The notes: generated by a model from the letters alone, not told the origin. A stretch of 64,000 nucleotides of DNA from Felis catus (GCF_018350175.1 NC_058373.1:114144001-114208000); one strand, 5' to 3'. Positions 1 to 12,353 are shown, counted from the stretch's first letter. Made by a program: numbers and translations.

Positions 1-284
1 TGGGGTATTTGGCCTCTTGTTGGGGCCTCTAGACATACTCAGAAAAATCAAACTCAAATACAGACCTGGCCTTTAGGTGGTCTGGATGTATTTTTGGCTG
101 ACTCTCTTGTCAGTTTCCTTCTCAGGGCCTTTCATTTTGCAAAATGCAGGCTACCTCACTGGAGAGCAGAGGCGAGAAGGGAAAGGCATAGGCTTTGGGT
201 TCACTCAGCCTGGGATGTAACTCTTGCCTTACCACTTAACAAGTTTTCAAAAGCTTTTTGAAAAGCTACTGAACCTCCTAGAAC

Positions 285-492
285 TGCATTGTCCAATGCA
301 GTAGCCACTAGCCATGTGTGGCTGTTTAAATTCTAAATCAACTAAAATAAAATAAAATAAAAAATTCAGTTCCTCAGTCCCACTTGGCACACTTCAAGTG
401 CTCAATAGCCACATGGGGGCCAGTGACTATCATGGTACTGGAGAGTGCAAGTATAGAGCATTTCCAACATGGCAGGAAGTGCCATTGGACAG
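285..492 (-). mobile_element. MER3-like hAT-Charlie MITE
   Basis: Contains TGTCCAATGCAGTAGCCACTAGCCATGTGTGGCT, AAAATTCAGTTCCTCAGT, TCAAGTGCTCAATAGCCACATG and CATTGGACAG, matching the reverse complement of MER3 as recalled. Confidence 0.8.
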
Positions 493-544
493 TTTTACTC
501 CTTTAAAAAGGAAGCAATCCATGAGAAATTAAAAAGTTAACAAA

Positions 545-770
545 GGGGCGCCTGGGTGGCGCAGTCGGTTAAGCGTCCGACTTCAGCCAGGTCACCATCT
601 CGCGGTCCGTGAGTTCGAGCCCCGCGTCAGGCTCTGGGCTGATGGCTCAGAGCCTGGAGCCTGTTTCCGATTCTGTGTCTCCCTCTCTCTCTGCCCCTCC
701 CCCATTCATGCTCTGTCTCTCTCTGTCCCAAAAATAGATAAACGTTGAAAAAAAAATTAAAAAAAAAAAA
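545..770 (+). mobile_element. Young Can-SINE (SINEC_Fc type, tRNA-derived)
   Basis: GGGGCGCCTGGGTGGCGCAGTCGGTTAAGCG head, B box GAGTTCGAGCCC, (CT)n, A tail; TSD AAAAAGTTAACA at 531-542 and 766-777; CpGs largely intact. Confidence 0.97.
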
Positions 771-859
771 GTTAACATGCACAAAGCACAAGGTGCTTTG
801 CCTGTCTCATGAAATGTGCTCAGAAAATGATAGCCATTATGATTTATCATATGAATCTC

Positions 860-950
860 TGTCCTGGCTCTGCTGCTGCCTAGCTATGGGGCCAGGCACT
901 CAACTTCTCCAAGCCTCCATTTTCTCGTCTGTAAAATGGGAAAAATAAGT
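860..950 (+). mobile_element. MIR fragment
   Basis: MIR core-like CCTCCATTTTCTCGTCTGTAAAATGGGAAAAATAA. Confidence 0.65.
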
Positions 951-2365
951 AATGCTGAGTGAATTCCTCAGAGCATAACTTGATCTTTATTTTTCTCAGT
1001 TCTCCCTGGATCTATGAGAACCTCCTCACCAACCCTCAGAAGACTTATCTAGACCTGAGTTTGGGATTTCTAGTCCTGGCATACTTAGCAGGAGGCATGA
1101 CTTACATCGTGGCTCAGTAATAGAATTCTGGAGATTTTAGCCATCTTGAAGGGTTTGAATGTGGGTCATGGTACAAAGTTCCAATGAAAACAAGTGGGCA
1201 AGTCTGATCAAGAAAAATAGTCATTTTAAATCAAGTCAGATATTTACGTAGTTTATGTCTTGGGTCCCCCTGCCCAGGCCTTGCTTCCTTGCCTAAATGT
1301 TTCTTCGTGGATGCAGCTCGCAGGGAAGGTTCTCAGTCTTTCTGGTATCTTGGCTTCCAATCAGTCCTCCTTTTTCCACTTTGGGGTTTTGTTGTTGAAC
1401 GTTTATTAACTGCAGGCATTTAGTGGGTGGAAGTTGGGATTTGCCTGGGGCTGGAAGGAAGTCATTTGCCAGGCCAGGATAAGGTGTGGTTTAAGAGTAG
1501 GAGCTCGAATCCCCTTCACCTGCTTAATTCATTTCAAGGGAGATTTGTTTTCAACTCCAAAATTACCTGCTAGGATTTCTCGACCTGAGATCCTATCTCC
1601 TCTGGCTGTTTTCTTTCATTTCCGATGATAAGAAAGGCTACAGGAAAAAAAGGACTGAGAAGCTCAAGAACATTCTTGCACTCTTTTAAATAAAATTGCA
1701 CACAGTGAGTTATTTTCTTTACTGTCTTCTACAAAATAGCTAGTAGAAGGTCTGTACAAGCCATCAGAACCTCTGCTCCTAGGGAGGTGTGTCTGAGACC
1801 CGGGAGAGTAAATGCAACTGGGGTTTTACAGAAAACTCCGGAACAGTGAATGAGAGGGCAGGGGCTCTGGTCTGTTTAGCTCACAGCTCTCTCCACTGCC
1901 CTCTGGCCCTTGGCTCAGAGCTGCTTGTCTCTGCCCATGGTGACCCAGGTTTGCCTGCCGTTGACCCCCTCTTGGAGACAATGGCTGTTCAGGGAGCCTG
2001 ATCTGAGAATGAATAGAGCTAAAGTGACCCCCCAAGCATTGCCAGGCAAAAGACCCAATAAGCCAGGGTTACAGGGAGTGTTAAACTCATAAGGGAGTCC
2101 TCAGTAAGTTGAAGTTCAGAAGACAGAGCTAGAAGGAACTATTCTGAAGCTTGTGGAGCAAGAAACTGCCTAAGTGATGGTTTAACTATAAGCCACAAGA
2201 CCAAAAATAAATAAATAAATAAAAAGCAAGAAGAAAAAGACAAAGGAGGAGGAGAAGAGGTAAAGACCTTTTTAAGATGTAGATCGATTCCCTTAGGCTA
2301 GCAGCTCTCAAATGTTTTGGTCTTAAGGACTCCTTAATACTCTAAATCTGTTGAAGGCCCCCAAG

Positions 2366-2853
2366 TGATAGACCCAATGATCCTTATCTTCTAGCAATTA
2401 TGCCGCGTGTATTCTCCTCCATAGTGAATCAGGCTTGGGCTATGAGACCAATAGAAAATGGCAGAAGTGAGGGTGTATGACTTAAGAAGCTAGATCATAA
2501 GAGGGACTCCAGGTTTCTACCTGGTCTCTTCTGTTGTTTGCCCTGAAGAAAGCCAGTCGCCATGTTTTGAGTACCCTGGGAAAGACCTACATGAAAAGGA
2601 ACTGAGGTTCCCTCTTAACAGCCAGTAACAACTGGCCAGGCTTGTGAGTGAGCCACTTTGAAAGCAGATCCTCCAGCCCCAGTCAAACTTTCAGATGACT
2701 ATAATGTCATAAGAAACCTCTGAGCCAGAATTTCAGTCAAGGCACTTCTGATTCCTGTTCCACAGCAACCATGAGGGCTAACAAATGATGATTGTTGTTT
2801 TAAGCCATTTGGTTCTGGAGTATCTTGTTGTGCAGTAACAGATAATTAAATCA
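2366..2853 (+). mobile_element. MLT1F-like MaLR solo LTR inside Charlie1
   Basis: GACCAATAGAAAATGGCAGAAGTGA, GATCCTCCAGCCCCAGTCAAACTTTCAGATGACT, TGTTGTTTTAAGCCA and terminal CAGATAATTAAATCA match MLT1F as recalled. Confidence 0.85.
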
Positions 2854-2864
2854 TCTACCATATT

Positions 2865-3090
2865 GGGGCGCCTGGGTGGCGCAGTCGGTTAAGCGTCCGA
2901 CTTCAGCCAGGTCACGATCTCGCGGTGCGTGAGTTCGAGCCCCGCGTCAGGCTCTGGGCTGATGGCTCAGAGCCTGGAGCCTGTTTCCGATTCTGTGTCT
3001 CCCTCTCTCTCTGCCCCTCCCCCATTCATGCTCTGTCTCTCTCTGTCCCACAAATAAATAAACGTTGAAAAAAAAAATTAAAAAAAAAAA
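2865..3090 (+). mobile_element. Young Can-SINE (SINEC_Fc type)
   Basis: Full head, (CT)n and A tail; perfect 17-bp TSD AAATCATCTACCATATT at 2848-2864 and 3088-3104. Confidence 0.97.
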
Positions 3091-3523
3091 TCATCTACCA
3101 TATTAAAAATTAAAACAGAAGACTATTTAATATTTATTTGTTAATCCATATAGTATTCATTTATGAATACTGTAGTCATATTTATTATTAAGTCATATTT
3201 ATTACTTCATTAAAATTCATAAATTTTCTTATTTGTTAAAAAGTCAGAAATAACATAATGTTATTGTAAAAATAATGGTGTTTTCCAAAACAAAACAGAA
3301 CAAAACTTAGTGAGAAGAGTGACAGTATTTTACATTTTTTTGCAAATCTCTTTAATGTCTAGCTTAATGGAAGACAGCTGGATGCTCAGATCTACTTCTG
3401 CATTCAATCAGCTGTGATAATGTTGTTTTGATTGAAGTATATGAAGGAAACCCAGCCTCACACAGATATGTAGCTGGAAAAGGGACGACTATTTTAATAG
3501 CTTTTTTCAGATAATTGTGGTTA

Positions 3524-3999
3524 CGGGTATCCATGCTTTTCAAAAGTCTGAGATACACCATTTTGCTTCTATGAAAGACCTACATTAGTGCCTGTTTTCA
3601 TTAATCAAAAGAAATCCTAAGAGGATTTTCACTTTTTTGAGAAAAGGCAAAAAGTGAAAATACTGTTCACTCAACATTTGCTTTGCAGGGAGAACTTACC
3701 GAGGCAGCATGCACCCCAACCGATGAGAACGGCACCACTCTGGGAACTAGTTCCCTGGGAACTACTTAGCATCAAGCTGCCGTAGCTTTGAACTGTGTCT
3801 CTGAGGTGCCTTCATTAGCAAGATGTGTCCTAAGGTATGAGAAAAGCCTAAGAGAAGGATTTTGGGGTCTGAGAACACTCGAAAATGTTTCCATGGACAT
3901 TAAAGGTAATTACACCAAAGGTGGCCTCTTTACACCAAATTTTTAGCCTGCAAAAGATTTCATAGGAACACTCTACTTTTGGATAGTGGGGGTAGCCTG
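3524..3999. mobile_element. TcMar-Tigger-type MITE inserted at a TA in Charlie1
   Basis: TA at 3522-3523 and 4000-4001; imperfect TIRs CGGGTATCCATGCTTTTCAAAAGT and ACTTTTGGATAGTGGGGGTAGCCTG; flanks rejoin into continuous Charlie sequence. Confidence 0.75.
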
Positions 4000-4080
4000 T
4001 ATTCTTCTTTGACACTCTACCAAAACTCAACAAATATAGTTTTTGTTAGTTGCAGTATAGCATCAGAAACTATATCAATG

Positions 4081-4318
4081 GGGGCACCTGGGTCGCTCAG
4101 TTGGTTAAGCATCTGACTTTGGCTCAGGTCATGATCTCATGGTTTGTGAGTTCGAGCCCCTCGACGGGCTCTGTGCTGACAGGATGGAGCCTAGGGCCTG
4201 CTTCGGATTCTGTGTCTCACTCTCTCTCTGCCCTCCCACATTTGAACTCTGTCTTTCTCTCTCTCTCAAAAAAAAAAAATAAATAAATAATAATAAACAT
4301 TTTAAAACATTTTTAAAA
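4081..4318 (+). mobile_element. Can-SINE (older subfamily) inside Charlie1
   Basis: GGGGCACCTGGGTCGCTCAG head, (CT)n, A-rich tail; perfect 16-bp TSD AGAAACTATATCAATG at 4065-4080 and 4319-4334. Confidence 0.95.
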
Positions 4319-6571
4319 AGAAACTATATCAATGAATTTTATGTGCTCAATTATATTAAAACCCATTTGGTCTGCCTTGCACTTTGCGTGGATCTTTTGC
4401 CCATGCATGATTTTATAATCCTATGCATGGGCCATTTGGAAAATATTACTTTACTAAGTTATGCAGATCTTCAGAATTGGATCTATTTCATGATGAAAAC
4501 TAAAAATTCACATTTGCTAATAATAGCACTTTTCTTAGCAGAAACTTCCTTAAGTATTGGGAAGGTGTTCCCCTCACTGGGGCAAATACAAGTTGTCAAA
4601 AATTGACTTTTGCTTGAAAGCTTTTCCTTTGGCCACAAATGCTGTCAATAATCTTTCTTGAAGTGACAAACTCTGTTCGTTTGGGAGAAAGTGTCCGTCC
4701 AAGAACCAAGTCTGAATAGCCATGGTTATTTGGTCCTTTTGAGCAAACACGGTGTTTCGTGGCAGGGCTAGTGCCGGTGCTCACTCCCTCCTCTCACACG
4801 TGCCTTTCCTCCAAACAAGCTCTGCGCTTCAGGACGCTTACCTTCCCGTTTGCCACACAGAATAGTAAAAAGATGTGCACTTTGGTCAAGAGTTCATAAA
4901 ATTAATAATTTTTACTGCTTCATCTCAGACATCTTAGGTCAAAACTGGTTTCTTTCTCTCTTTTGTTTTCGTTTGTTTGCTCGTTTTGTCCTGTGACATT
5001 TGGGCAGTGAAGAGTATCACGACGTCCAGTACGGTTATCTGGTGCCAGCAATTTTACCCAGATGCCAACACAGTGAAGAAGGCAAATGACATCTTGGTAT
5101 TAAAATAAAAATAATTTTGACCTTGCAGACACCCTCATAGGGTCTCAGGGTCTCAGGGACCACAGAGGTCCACAGATCTTACTCTGAGAACCATTTCTTT
5201 AGCGAAAAGGGTGCCTGCCATTTGATCCCTTGTGGCATTTATAGGTGAATGAGCTACATGCTAAGACGTACGTGCGCCAGGTCTTTGTGTCAAATTGTAA
5301 TGGCCACCGTTGTGTCATAAGCGAGAAAATATATCACTAGACATCAGCTTATTCTTGTGGATGGGCTTGATATGAGACTATTTGTTTATTTAAGGGAGGT
5401 TAGTGTGTTTTCATGCTTCTGTTTGCCCCACTTGTCAAAGGTGTATGGATGGCGGTAGGAAACTTGGCCCTGAGAAATTTCACTGAGAAATTTCTCAGAC
5501 TGTCTGCATTGAAAAATTAAGGTGCATGAGGAGGTTAACACCTGCGCCCCTTCCTTTTCACCAGATAAGCAGTGAAAGCTCAGTAGACTGCAGAAGACAT
5601 CCTTTTCGGGGGAACAGGGTCCTTCAAGCTTCAAGCTTAAAGTGGGCAGAGGTCTAACTCACATCCACGAGATAAGCAGCAGGCCCCAAAGGCAGCATAT
5701 CTTCAAATGGTCGTGGCATCCACAAGAATTTTACCGCTGTGGAAGGAGCTAAAGACAATGCCTCTCCTGGAGCCCTCAGCATCCCCACAAAGCACACTTA
5801 GAGAACACAGAAAGAGGAATGGTTATTTTTCACACTCATTCAGTTTTGCTTACACATTTCTTTTTTGCTGCAGAAATATCTGAGTAGGTTTGAACCCCAC
5901 ACCTGACCAGGCTCAGCTCTTTGGTGAGTGATTGTATAGCTGTTCTGTCTGTGATCACAGACCCCGTCTGTAAGTGGGAAACAACAGGCAGTTGTGTCCG
6001 GAGCCCTGGGAACTGGAGACCTTTCCACATCTGTTGGCCTGGTCGGGGGCGGGAGGAAATCACCAAAACCTTCCAACATGGGGCCAGAGCAGGGAGACAA
6101 AGGGGAAGCCATAAGCCGCTGAGCGACCCCAGGTCATATGACCACCCCATGGTCCTCTCCCGTCCCCTTTCATCCCCTCAGGTCCCCAAGACTCAGCCTT
6201 TTCATCATTCTCCAAGTCAGCAGGATCAGGTTTATGTGAGTTGACCAGAAAGCTTATCAAATGAAGGCAGAAGCAGGTGTTTGCAAAGCTCCTCCCTGCT
6301 GAAAGCTGGGTCGAACAAGGTTGACAGTATGGCTGAGGCCAACATCCCACACTAATTGCATTTTCTTTCCTGGAACTCTTTCTCTCTTTCCTCTCTTTCT
6401 GGTTTGGAACCCCTAGAGGTCTCTGGGAACCAGTCACCAAAACAAACCATTCAAAGAGCTAAGGATTTAGGGGAAAAAAATACTCAGGGATGTGACATCA
6501 TGGGCTGAACAGTGGCCCTTCTGTGCCAAAGCCCAGGAAATACCATTTGAAGGCATCCAGAGGCTTCTACC

Positions 6572-6771
6572 CAGTGGTGAGCCAGAGCCAGATCCTCTGA
6601 GCTTGTGAGGATTGATTGCATGTTCCTTTTCCCAACTTCGAAATCATGATGTCATGTTGGTAGCTTGAACTGACCATGGTGGGAATATTTATATCACAGA
6701 AATCAGCAAACTACAAACCAGGCTTTCTCCTCCCCAAAACTGGTTGTTAAGCTTTTATCAGCATGTCAGTG
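6572..6771. mobile_element. MER63A-like hAT MITE
   Basis: CAGTGGTGAGCCAGAGCC start, internal GTCATGTTGGTAGCTTGAA and CATGGTGGGAATATTTA; degenerate 8-bp TSD CTTCTACC / CCTCTACT. Confidence 0.75.
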
Positions 6772-6784
6772 CCTCTACTATAGA

Positions 6785-6995
6785 GACTGTTGCTCAAAGT
6801 ACGATTTTCAGATCAACTATATTGGAATTTCCTAGGGAAAAGAGAAGATGGGGGTGGAAGTGTTGTTGTTGAAGATGTAGATTTCTTGGCCAACCTGAAC
6901 TAACTGGATCAGATTCTTTGGAGGGGGATCCTGAGGAAATGCATTTTTAGCAAGTTGTGAAGGTTATTAATAAATTCAGTAAAGTTTAAGACTTT
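6785..6995. mobile_element. MER5-like hAT-Charlie MITE
   Basis: TGTTGCTCAAAGT start, GATGTAGATTTCTTGGCC, ATCAGATTCT, ATGCATTTTTAGCAAG, AAAGTTTAAGAC end. Confidence 0.6.
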
Positions 6996-8299
6996 AGGCA
7001 TAAGGAGTGGGAGGGAAAAGTGGGTGTACATCTGGCTCTTGGCATCTGGAAGCAACAGCTGGCTTCAGTCCCAGTTGGCCTGAGAACGGACAGCTGTTTT
7101 CCCTCGAGATATAAACTTCATGACAGGAAAAGGAGGTGGGAACTCTGGGGTTCTAGCCCCCACCCCCAACAGACAATTGGTTCTGCCTTGGATCTTAGGA
7201 TATTTCTACTTTCAAACCCTGAGACTTGGACCCGAGATGACATGGGCAAAGACCCAGACATATGCACCGTCATTTGTATTGTTGATAGGGTTGGTGGAGC
7301 CTAGGGAGGACCCATGGTCAGTTTTTCATATTAGATTGCTCAAGACAGCATTTTTCTTTCAGATTTGTACAGGCATTAGCAGAAGCTTTCACAATCAAAT
7401 GTGATTTGTAAAGCAAGGACCCTGTTTACTTTATCCTACTGAGCCTGGAAAAGAAAGTCCTTTAAGGCAGAAAGAAAAAAGAGAAATCTTTCTTTCCTCA
7501 GCTGTGAAACAGAAAGTTTGTAGAAGGCCCAACCCTACTTTTGATTTGTTTTGCATTTACCTGAACAAGTGGTTCACATTAATTCTTCCTGAAAAATTTT
7601 ATCATAGTCCTGGGAGGTAGGTATTGATGAGAAAACAAAGACCAGGCCAGGTAACATGAAAACAGAGCTGGTAAGTGGCAGAGCTGGAGTTTGGACCCCA
7701 ATTCTTATGACAAAACAAACAAACAAATTAACTGAACAAACAAACAAACAAACAAAAAACCCTAATGTGCTTTCCTCCCAAACACAATGCAGTATTTTTT
7801 CCACATGAGGTTGGAGCCAAGGAAGTCCTTAATAGGCAACTGGCGATAGTGACATTAGACACCTGAGCCCAAAATATTGTGAATTCCTAAACCATCAGAT
7901 CTCCTTATATATTGATGCAAATTCACAAAAGCCACATGTAAAACTTTCAAAATTATAAGCTATTGAATTATAAACTATTAGATTATTGGCTATTAGATTA
8001 TCCACTGGAATGGATAATTGAAAGCCGGCCATGTTTGTGAACATAATGTAGGTATTCCCCATATCAGACATTTAGGCTTGCAGCAGTTCATCAAGTTCAT
8101 GATCCAGTCCTGTATGCTTGCTGTAACTATTCAGGGCTTTTATTAAACATAAGACTCTGTCAAATGGGAGGGGGAAGCAGAAAAGAGCCCCACTCTGGGA
8201 AAACAAGATGTGATCTCAAGTATTTTTTGCCAGGTTTCATAGCCTTTTTTGTATCTAGAAACTCTCTTTCTTATCTGAGGACCCATGTCCGCTTTGAAA

Positions 8300-8900
8300 T
8301 CATTCATTCATTCAGCAAATGTATAGTGGGGACTGACTCTGTGTCACACACTGGGCTAGGTGAAGAACAGGAGGCAGATAGACCTCATCTTGTCTTCATG
8401 AAGTTTATAGTCTACTGGGAGACAGATATTATACAAATAATTATAAAAAATAAATATGTGATTGTACATTGTCTTAAGTGCTGAGAAAGGGAAGTACATG
8501 GTACAAAGAGGAAGGTCAACAGTGTTGAAAGATCATCTGCAATGAGAACATTTATATGGAGACCTTATTGATGGGTTTTTTTTGTGTTTGTTTTTATCAT
8601 TTTTGGTGGCGTAGGATGGGGGTAAGGGGTTGTTGGGAGTTTGGGACACTTGAAAGGGAGATGTCGAGAGGCAACTAAATATCCATATTAAGGGAGAAGT
8701 TGGTTTGGGAGTGAGCGACACAGAGGCAGACTCAAGCTCTTATGAGAGGGCCTGGATGAGATCATTTAGGGGTGATGAGTGAAAGGAGAACCAAGGTCTG
8801 AGCCCTGCACCCTGGGCTGCCATATGCGAGCTCTCTCTCTGGCAGAGGAGGAGGAGCTCCCAGAGAGGAGACAGTCCTGGAAGCCATTGGAAGAGTGTGT
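8300..8900 (-). mobile_element. L2 fragments including 3' end
   Basis: CATTCATTCATTCAGCAAATGTAT and CTTCATGAAGTTTATAGTCTACTGGGAGACAGA are typical of the L2 3' end reverse complement. Confidence 0.7.
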
Positions 8901-9449
8901 TTGGGGACTGTCCATATGCAAGTACAAAAACCAGAAAGGCAATTCAGGGCCCCCCACACACATCTGACCCCCACCTCCTCTTTTCCCATGTGCCAGGCAG
9001 GCTCTTTGTGGGCCAGTGAATGAAGTGAACTGGAGCTTTCAGGATTTGGATTGGTCTTGTCCCAGGCAGTGCCTCATGATGCTAAATTATTACTATTTCT
9101 TCCTTCCTTGGCCCCAACCTCCTTAACCCTCAAGCTGCTGAGTGTGTAGGTATTAGAAAGAAAACAAATAAAACAGTTTACGCTGATATGTGAATGCAGT
9201 TTAACCAGCTATTTCTCACTGAGATATATTATTGAAAAAAGGCAGAACTAAATCTCTAATCTGTGGAATTTCAGGCTACCTAATATGCTTAAGGTGATGC
9301 CCTTGGGAGGGAAGACACTTTGAGGTAGGGACTGTCACTCTGCTCCTCCTCCACCTTCCTTCTATAATCCCCAGCTTTTCTTCCTCTACCTCTGAGTCTC
9401 CAGAGTCTTGAAAACCTCCACCATTTTCAGAGTGGACCCTTGGCCCTCA

Positions 9450-9630
9450 TGACCATGCTATTATTGGGCATTCACTATGTGCAGATGCTATACTAAGCAT
9501 TTGACACAGGTTGACCTCATTTGGATGTCACAGCAACCCTATGAGTTGGACCAGTCACTATTCTTGTTCTGTAGGTGAGGCCATGGAGGATAGTAATGTG
9601 AATCAGCTGACTATGGATACACAGCTAGTA
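9450..9630 (-). mobile_element. MIR fragment (host of the next SINE)
   Basis: CACAGCAACCCTATGAG, TGTAGGTGAGG and ACACAGCTAGTAGG MIR-like motifs. Confidence 0.6.
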
Positions 9631-9638
9631 GGCTGAGA

Positions 9639-9856
9639 TTTAATTTTTTTTTTCAACGTTTATTTATTTTTGGGACAGAGAGAGACAGAGCATGAACGGG
9701 GGAGGGGCAGAGAGAGAGGGAGACACAGAATCGGAAACAGGCTCCAGGCTCTGAGCCATCAGCCCAGAGCCCGACGCGGGGCTCGAACTCACGGACCGCG
9801 AGATCGTGACCTGGCTGAAGTCGGACGCTTAACCGACTACGCCACCCAGGCGCCCC
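9639..9856 (-). mobile_element. Young Can-SINE (SINEC_Fc type)
   Basis: Reverse-complement full element with intact CpGs; TSD TAGTAGGCTGAGA at 9626-9638 and 9858-9870. Confidence 0.97.
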
Positions 9857-12188
9857 ATAGTAGGCTGAGAGTTAAAAGAGCGTCTTGCTTCCCAGTCCAC
9901 ACTCAGGATGGTGGGGTGGGCTATAAACTGGACACTGCCCATGTTTGTGTTTATTCTTCTCAGAATACAGAAGTAAATGCCTGATCTGGTGCTCTGAGGT
10001 GACTCTTAACTGCCTGACTCCGTTTGCCCTAGTCTGAGGTTGCCCAGGGCAAGCCCACAGTTGCTGATTACAAACAAGATGAGAGTTATGTGGGGTGTCA
10101 GCTTCTGTCTCTTGAAAGAGAGGACCAAAAAAATGCCTCCTTATCCTATAAAAGATGAGGTGGAAGACACAATCTTTTCAGGCCAAACCTCTTGGGCAGA
10201 GCTTAAAGTAATCACAGAAGAATATGGATGCCTCCCTCACCATTTCTGAGATGTCCGAGTTTTTCTTTCTATGGAACAAAGCCTTTGGAAGGTTCCATAA
10301 TCCTTCCTCTCCTGGCTCAGAGGCCCAGCTACACTTTATAAAACAACTCAGAGCCATCTGATTTGAAGCATGTACCGGCTCGTGTGTGCAAGACAGTAAT
10401 TACCTCCAATTCCAGTTAGGAAAGCTGAAACCTGCCTTTTTCATGCCTCAAACAATTATGGAAACGCCTTTTGAAGCTCTGGATAGAATAGAAAAGCAAA
10501 ACAAACCAGAGCCAATTAGAGCCTGGGATTTGAGCATGGCTTAGTTTTGTGCAGCAGGACTCAGGAGGAACTGTGGGAGAGGGTCAGGGGTCACTCCAAA
10601 CCTCCAGCTGCCGACCAATTTTGCCTATGCCAAAAGAACCATCATTTTGTACTTAAAATCAAGGCCTCTCTCCTGGCTCAGGAACAGCCTCTGCATCAGC
10701 TGTGAAGAAGACTCCCTGATTAGATAAGGCCTGGAATGCATTTGATGTTGAGCAAAACAGTTCTCTGACAGCTTTCCTTACATACCATTAGAATGTTTTT
10801 CCCTCAGCTGAAACTTGGTGAGATAAACTGAATCCCCGGGGACCCTTGTTTTGGGGTGCATATTTGAGGAATTTATGTGGCCTGTGTGCCACTTGGAGTT
10901 AAGCTTCTCCAGCCCTGAAACTCTTCTGGGCTTAGTGGTGGCATCTGGCCATTTGGAGGCAGGCTGGTTAACCACTGCTGTGAGAGTGGAAAGCAGAATA
11001 CCAAGCAAGAGGTCAGAGGTCAGCAAGCAGCCCCAGGGTGGGGTGGAAGCCTTAGGGCTCATGCTTGTTTACAGAACCCAAGGACGGTTTTGCGACATTC
11101 GGCATTGTGCCATAAAGTACAGGGATGGAAGTAGAGCTGTGGTATGGAGGTGTGACGCCATGGTAGAATTGTCTTGGCGGAGACCCGTTCACGACAAGGA
11201 TTGTTTATGTGGCCTTTTGAATTAATACGCCTGGGTTGACTATTAGGACAACATGACACGAACCTAGGAGGCTCCCTTTTGAGTTTAGATGAGAGTAAAT
11301 TGTGGCACCAAAGAGCCCCAGGAGAATTCACTCTGCCAGATTCATGCCCTTCCCCCAAGCTGAGAAGAGGAGCATTTCTCTTGGCCATGGGATAAGTACT
11401 CTCAGCTCTGTCTGCCTGTCTCCACTGCCTTGATAGTGGGCCTTGATGTCTCGCCTTAACTATAAGCAACAGCCTTTATGGGAATATTATTCCTATAGAG
11501 CAAAGCAGAAGGACACTTTGCTTAGCAATGTGTCTGCTGCCCTCAAGATGGGGTGAATATCAATGTCTGGAGACAACAAAATGGCCAGCTCTGTGACTGT
11601 AAGAGAACAGGTTCATGTGTTATTATCTTTTAATAATTATAAGACACAAATGTATCACAGCTTTACCAAGTACCATGCAATGCTCTAAAGGCTTTGCATG
11701 GTTCCCTCATTTACTCCTGACTCCAGCCCTCCAAGTTGCATATGAGGTAACTGGGATAAGGAGTGGCCACATAAGCTGCCCAAGAACACACACAGAATCA
11801 GCACTACTTATAACGGACCAACAGAGAAAGCCACTGTCATGATCCCAGAGTGGTTCAAAAGCACCGAAAAGTTTGAAATCTACATAACAAGATGCTTAAA
11901 ATTTAAAAATCCAACCTTTTCAGGCTGGACAGACTAAAAGTGTATGGATACAGATAGTGTATAGATTCCCTCAGTGTGTGGCTCACTAGAGTGTTGGAAT
12001 TACAGGCCTCACTCCTGTACATTCCTGAAGGAGGTGTTTCAAGACCAAGAAATATAAGTACATTACAAGTACTACACTTAACTTCCCTGGTAGATAGATA
12101 GGTTAAGTATGCCCACATGTCAGGCTGATTTTATATTAAGTGTGCCTAACAAATCTGGAACACATGACTTAAAAATATTCTGGATACA

Positions 12189-12353
12189 GGGGCATCTGGG
12201 TGGCTCAGTCAGCTGAGCGTCCGACTTCGGATCAGGTCATGATCTTGTGGTTCATGAGTTTGAGCCCCACATCAGGCTTGCTGCTGTCAGTGTGGAGCCA
12301 GTTCTGGATCCTTTGTCCCCCTCTTTCTCTGCTCCTCGCCTGCTAATGCTCTC
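12189..12353 (+). mobile_element. Can-SINE lacking its A tail
   Basis: GGGGCATCTGGGTGGCTCAG head through the CT-rich region, then an abrupt join to MaLR sequence. Confidence 0.9.

Larger units (their letters stand above)
2299..5196 (-). mobile_element. Charlie1-family (probably Charlie1a) hAT DNA transposon fossil interrupted by four younger insertions
   Basis: Termini TAGCAGCTCTCAAATGTTTTGGTCT and CTCTGAGAACCATTT; ORF 3364-3561(-) contains KAIKIVVPFPATYLCEAGFPSYTSIKT, a hAT C-terminal dimerisation-domain motif; about 1.45 kb remains after removing inserts. Confidence 0.85.

Noticed and set aside
244..264. Near-palindrome TTTTCAAAAGCTTTTTGAAAA
   Set aside because: Low-complexity A/T runs inside a decayed MIR-like segment; likely chance or slippage.
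3364..3561. hAT transposase-like ORF as a domesticated gene
   Set aside because: Only about 30 recognisable codons, frameshifted, and the start lies inside the inserted Tigger element.
647..9984. ORFs 647-850, 4050-4286 and 9670-9984 with protein-like text
   Set aside because: They are translations of Can-SINEs; the same applies to ORFs at 16038, 18081, 21871, 22612, 38540 and 62740.
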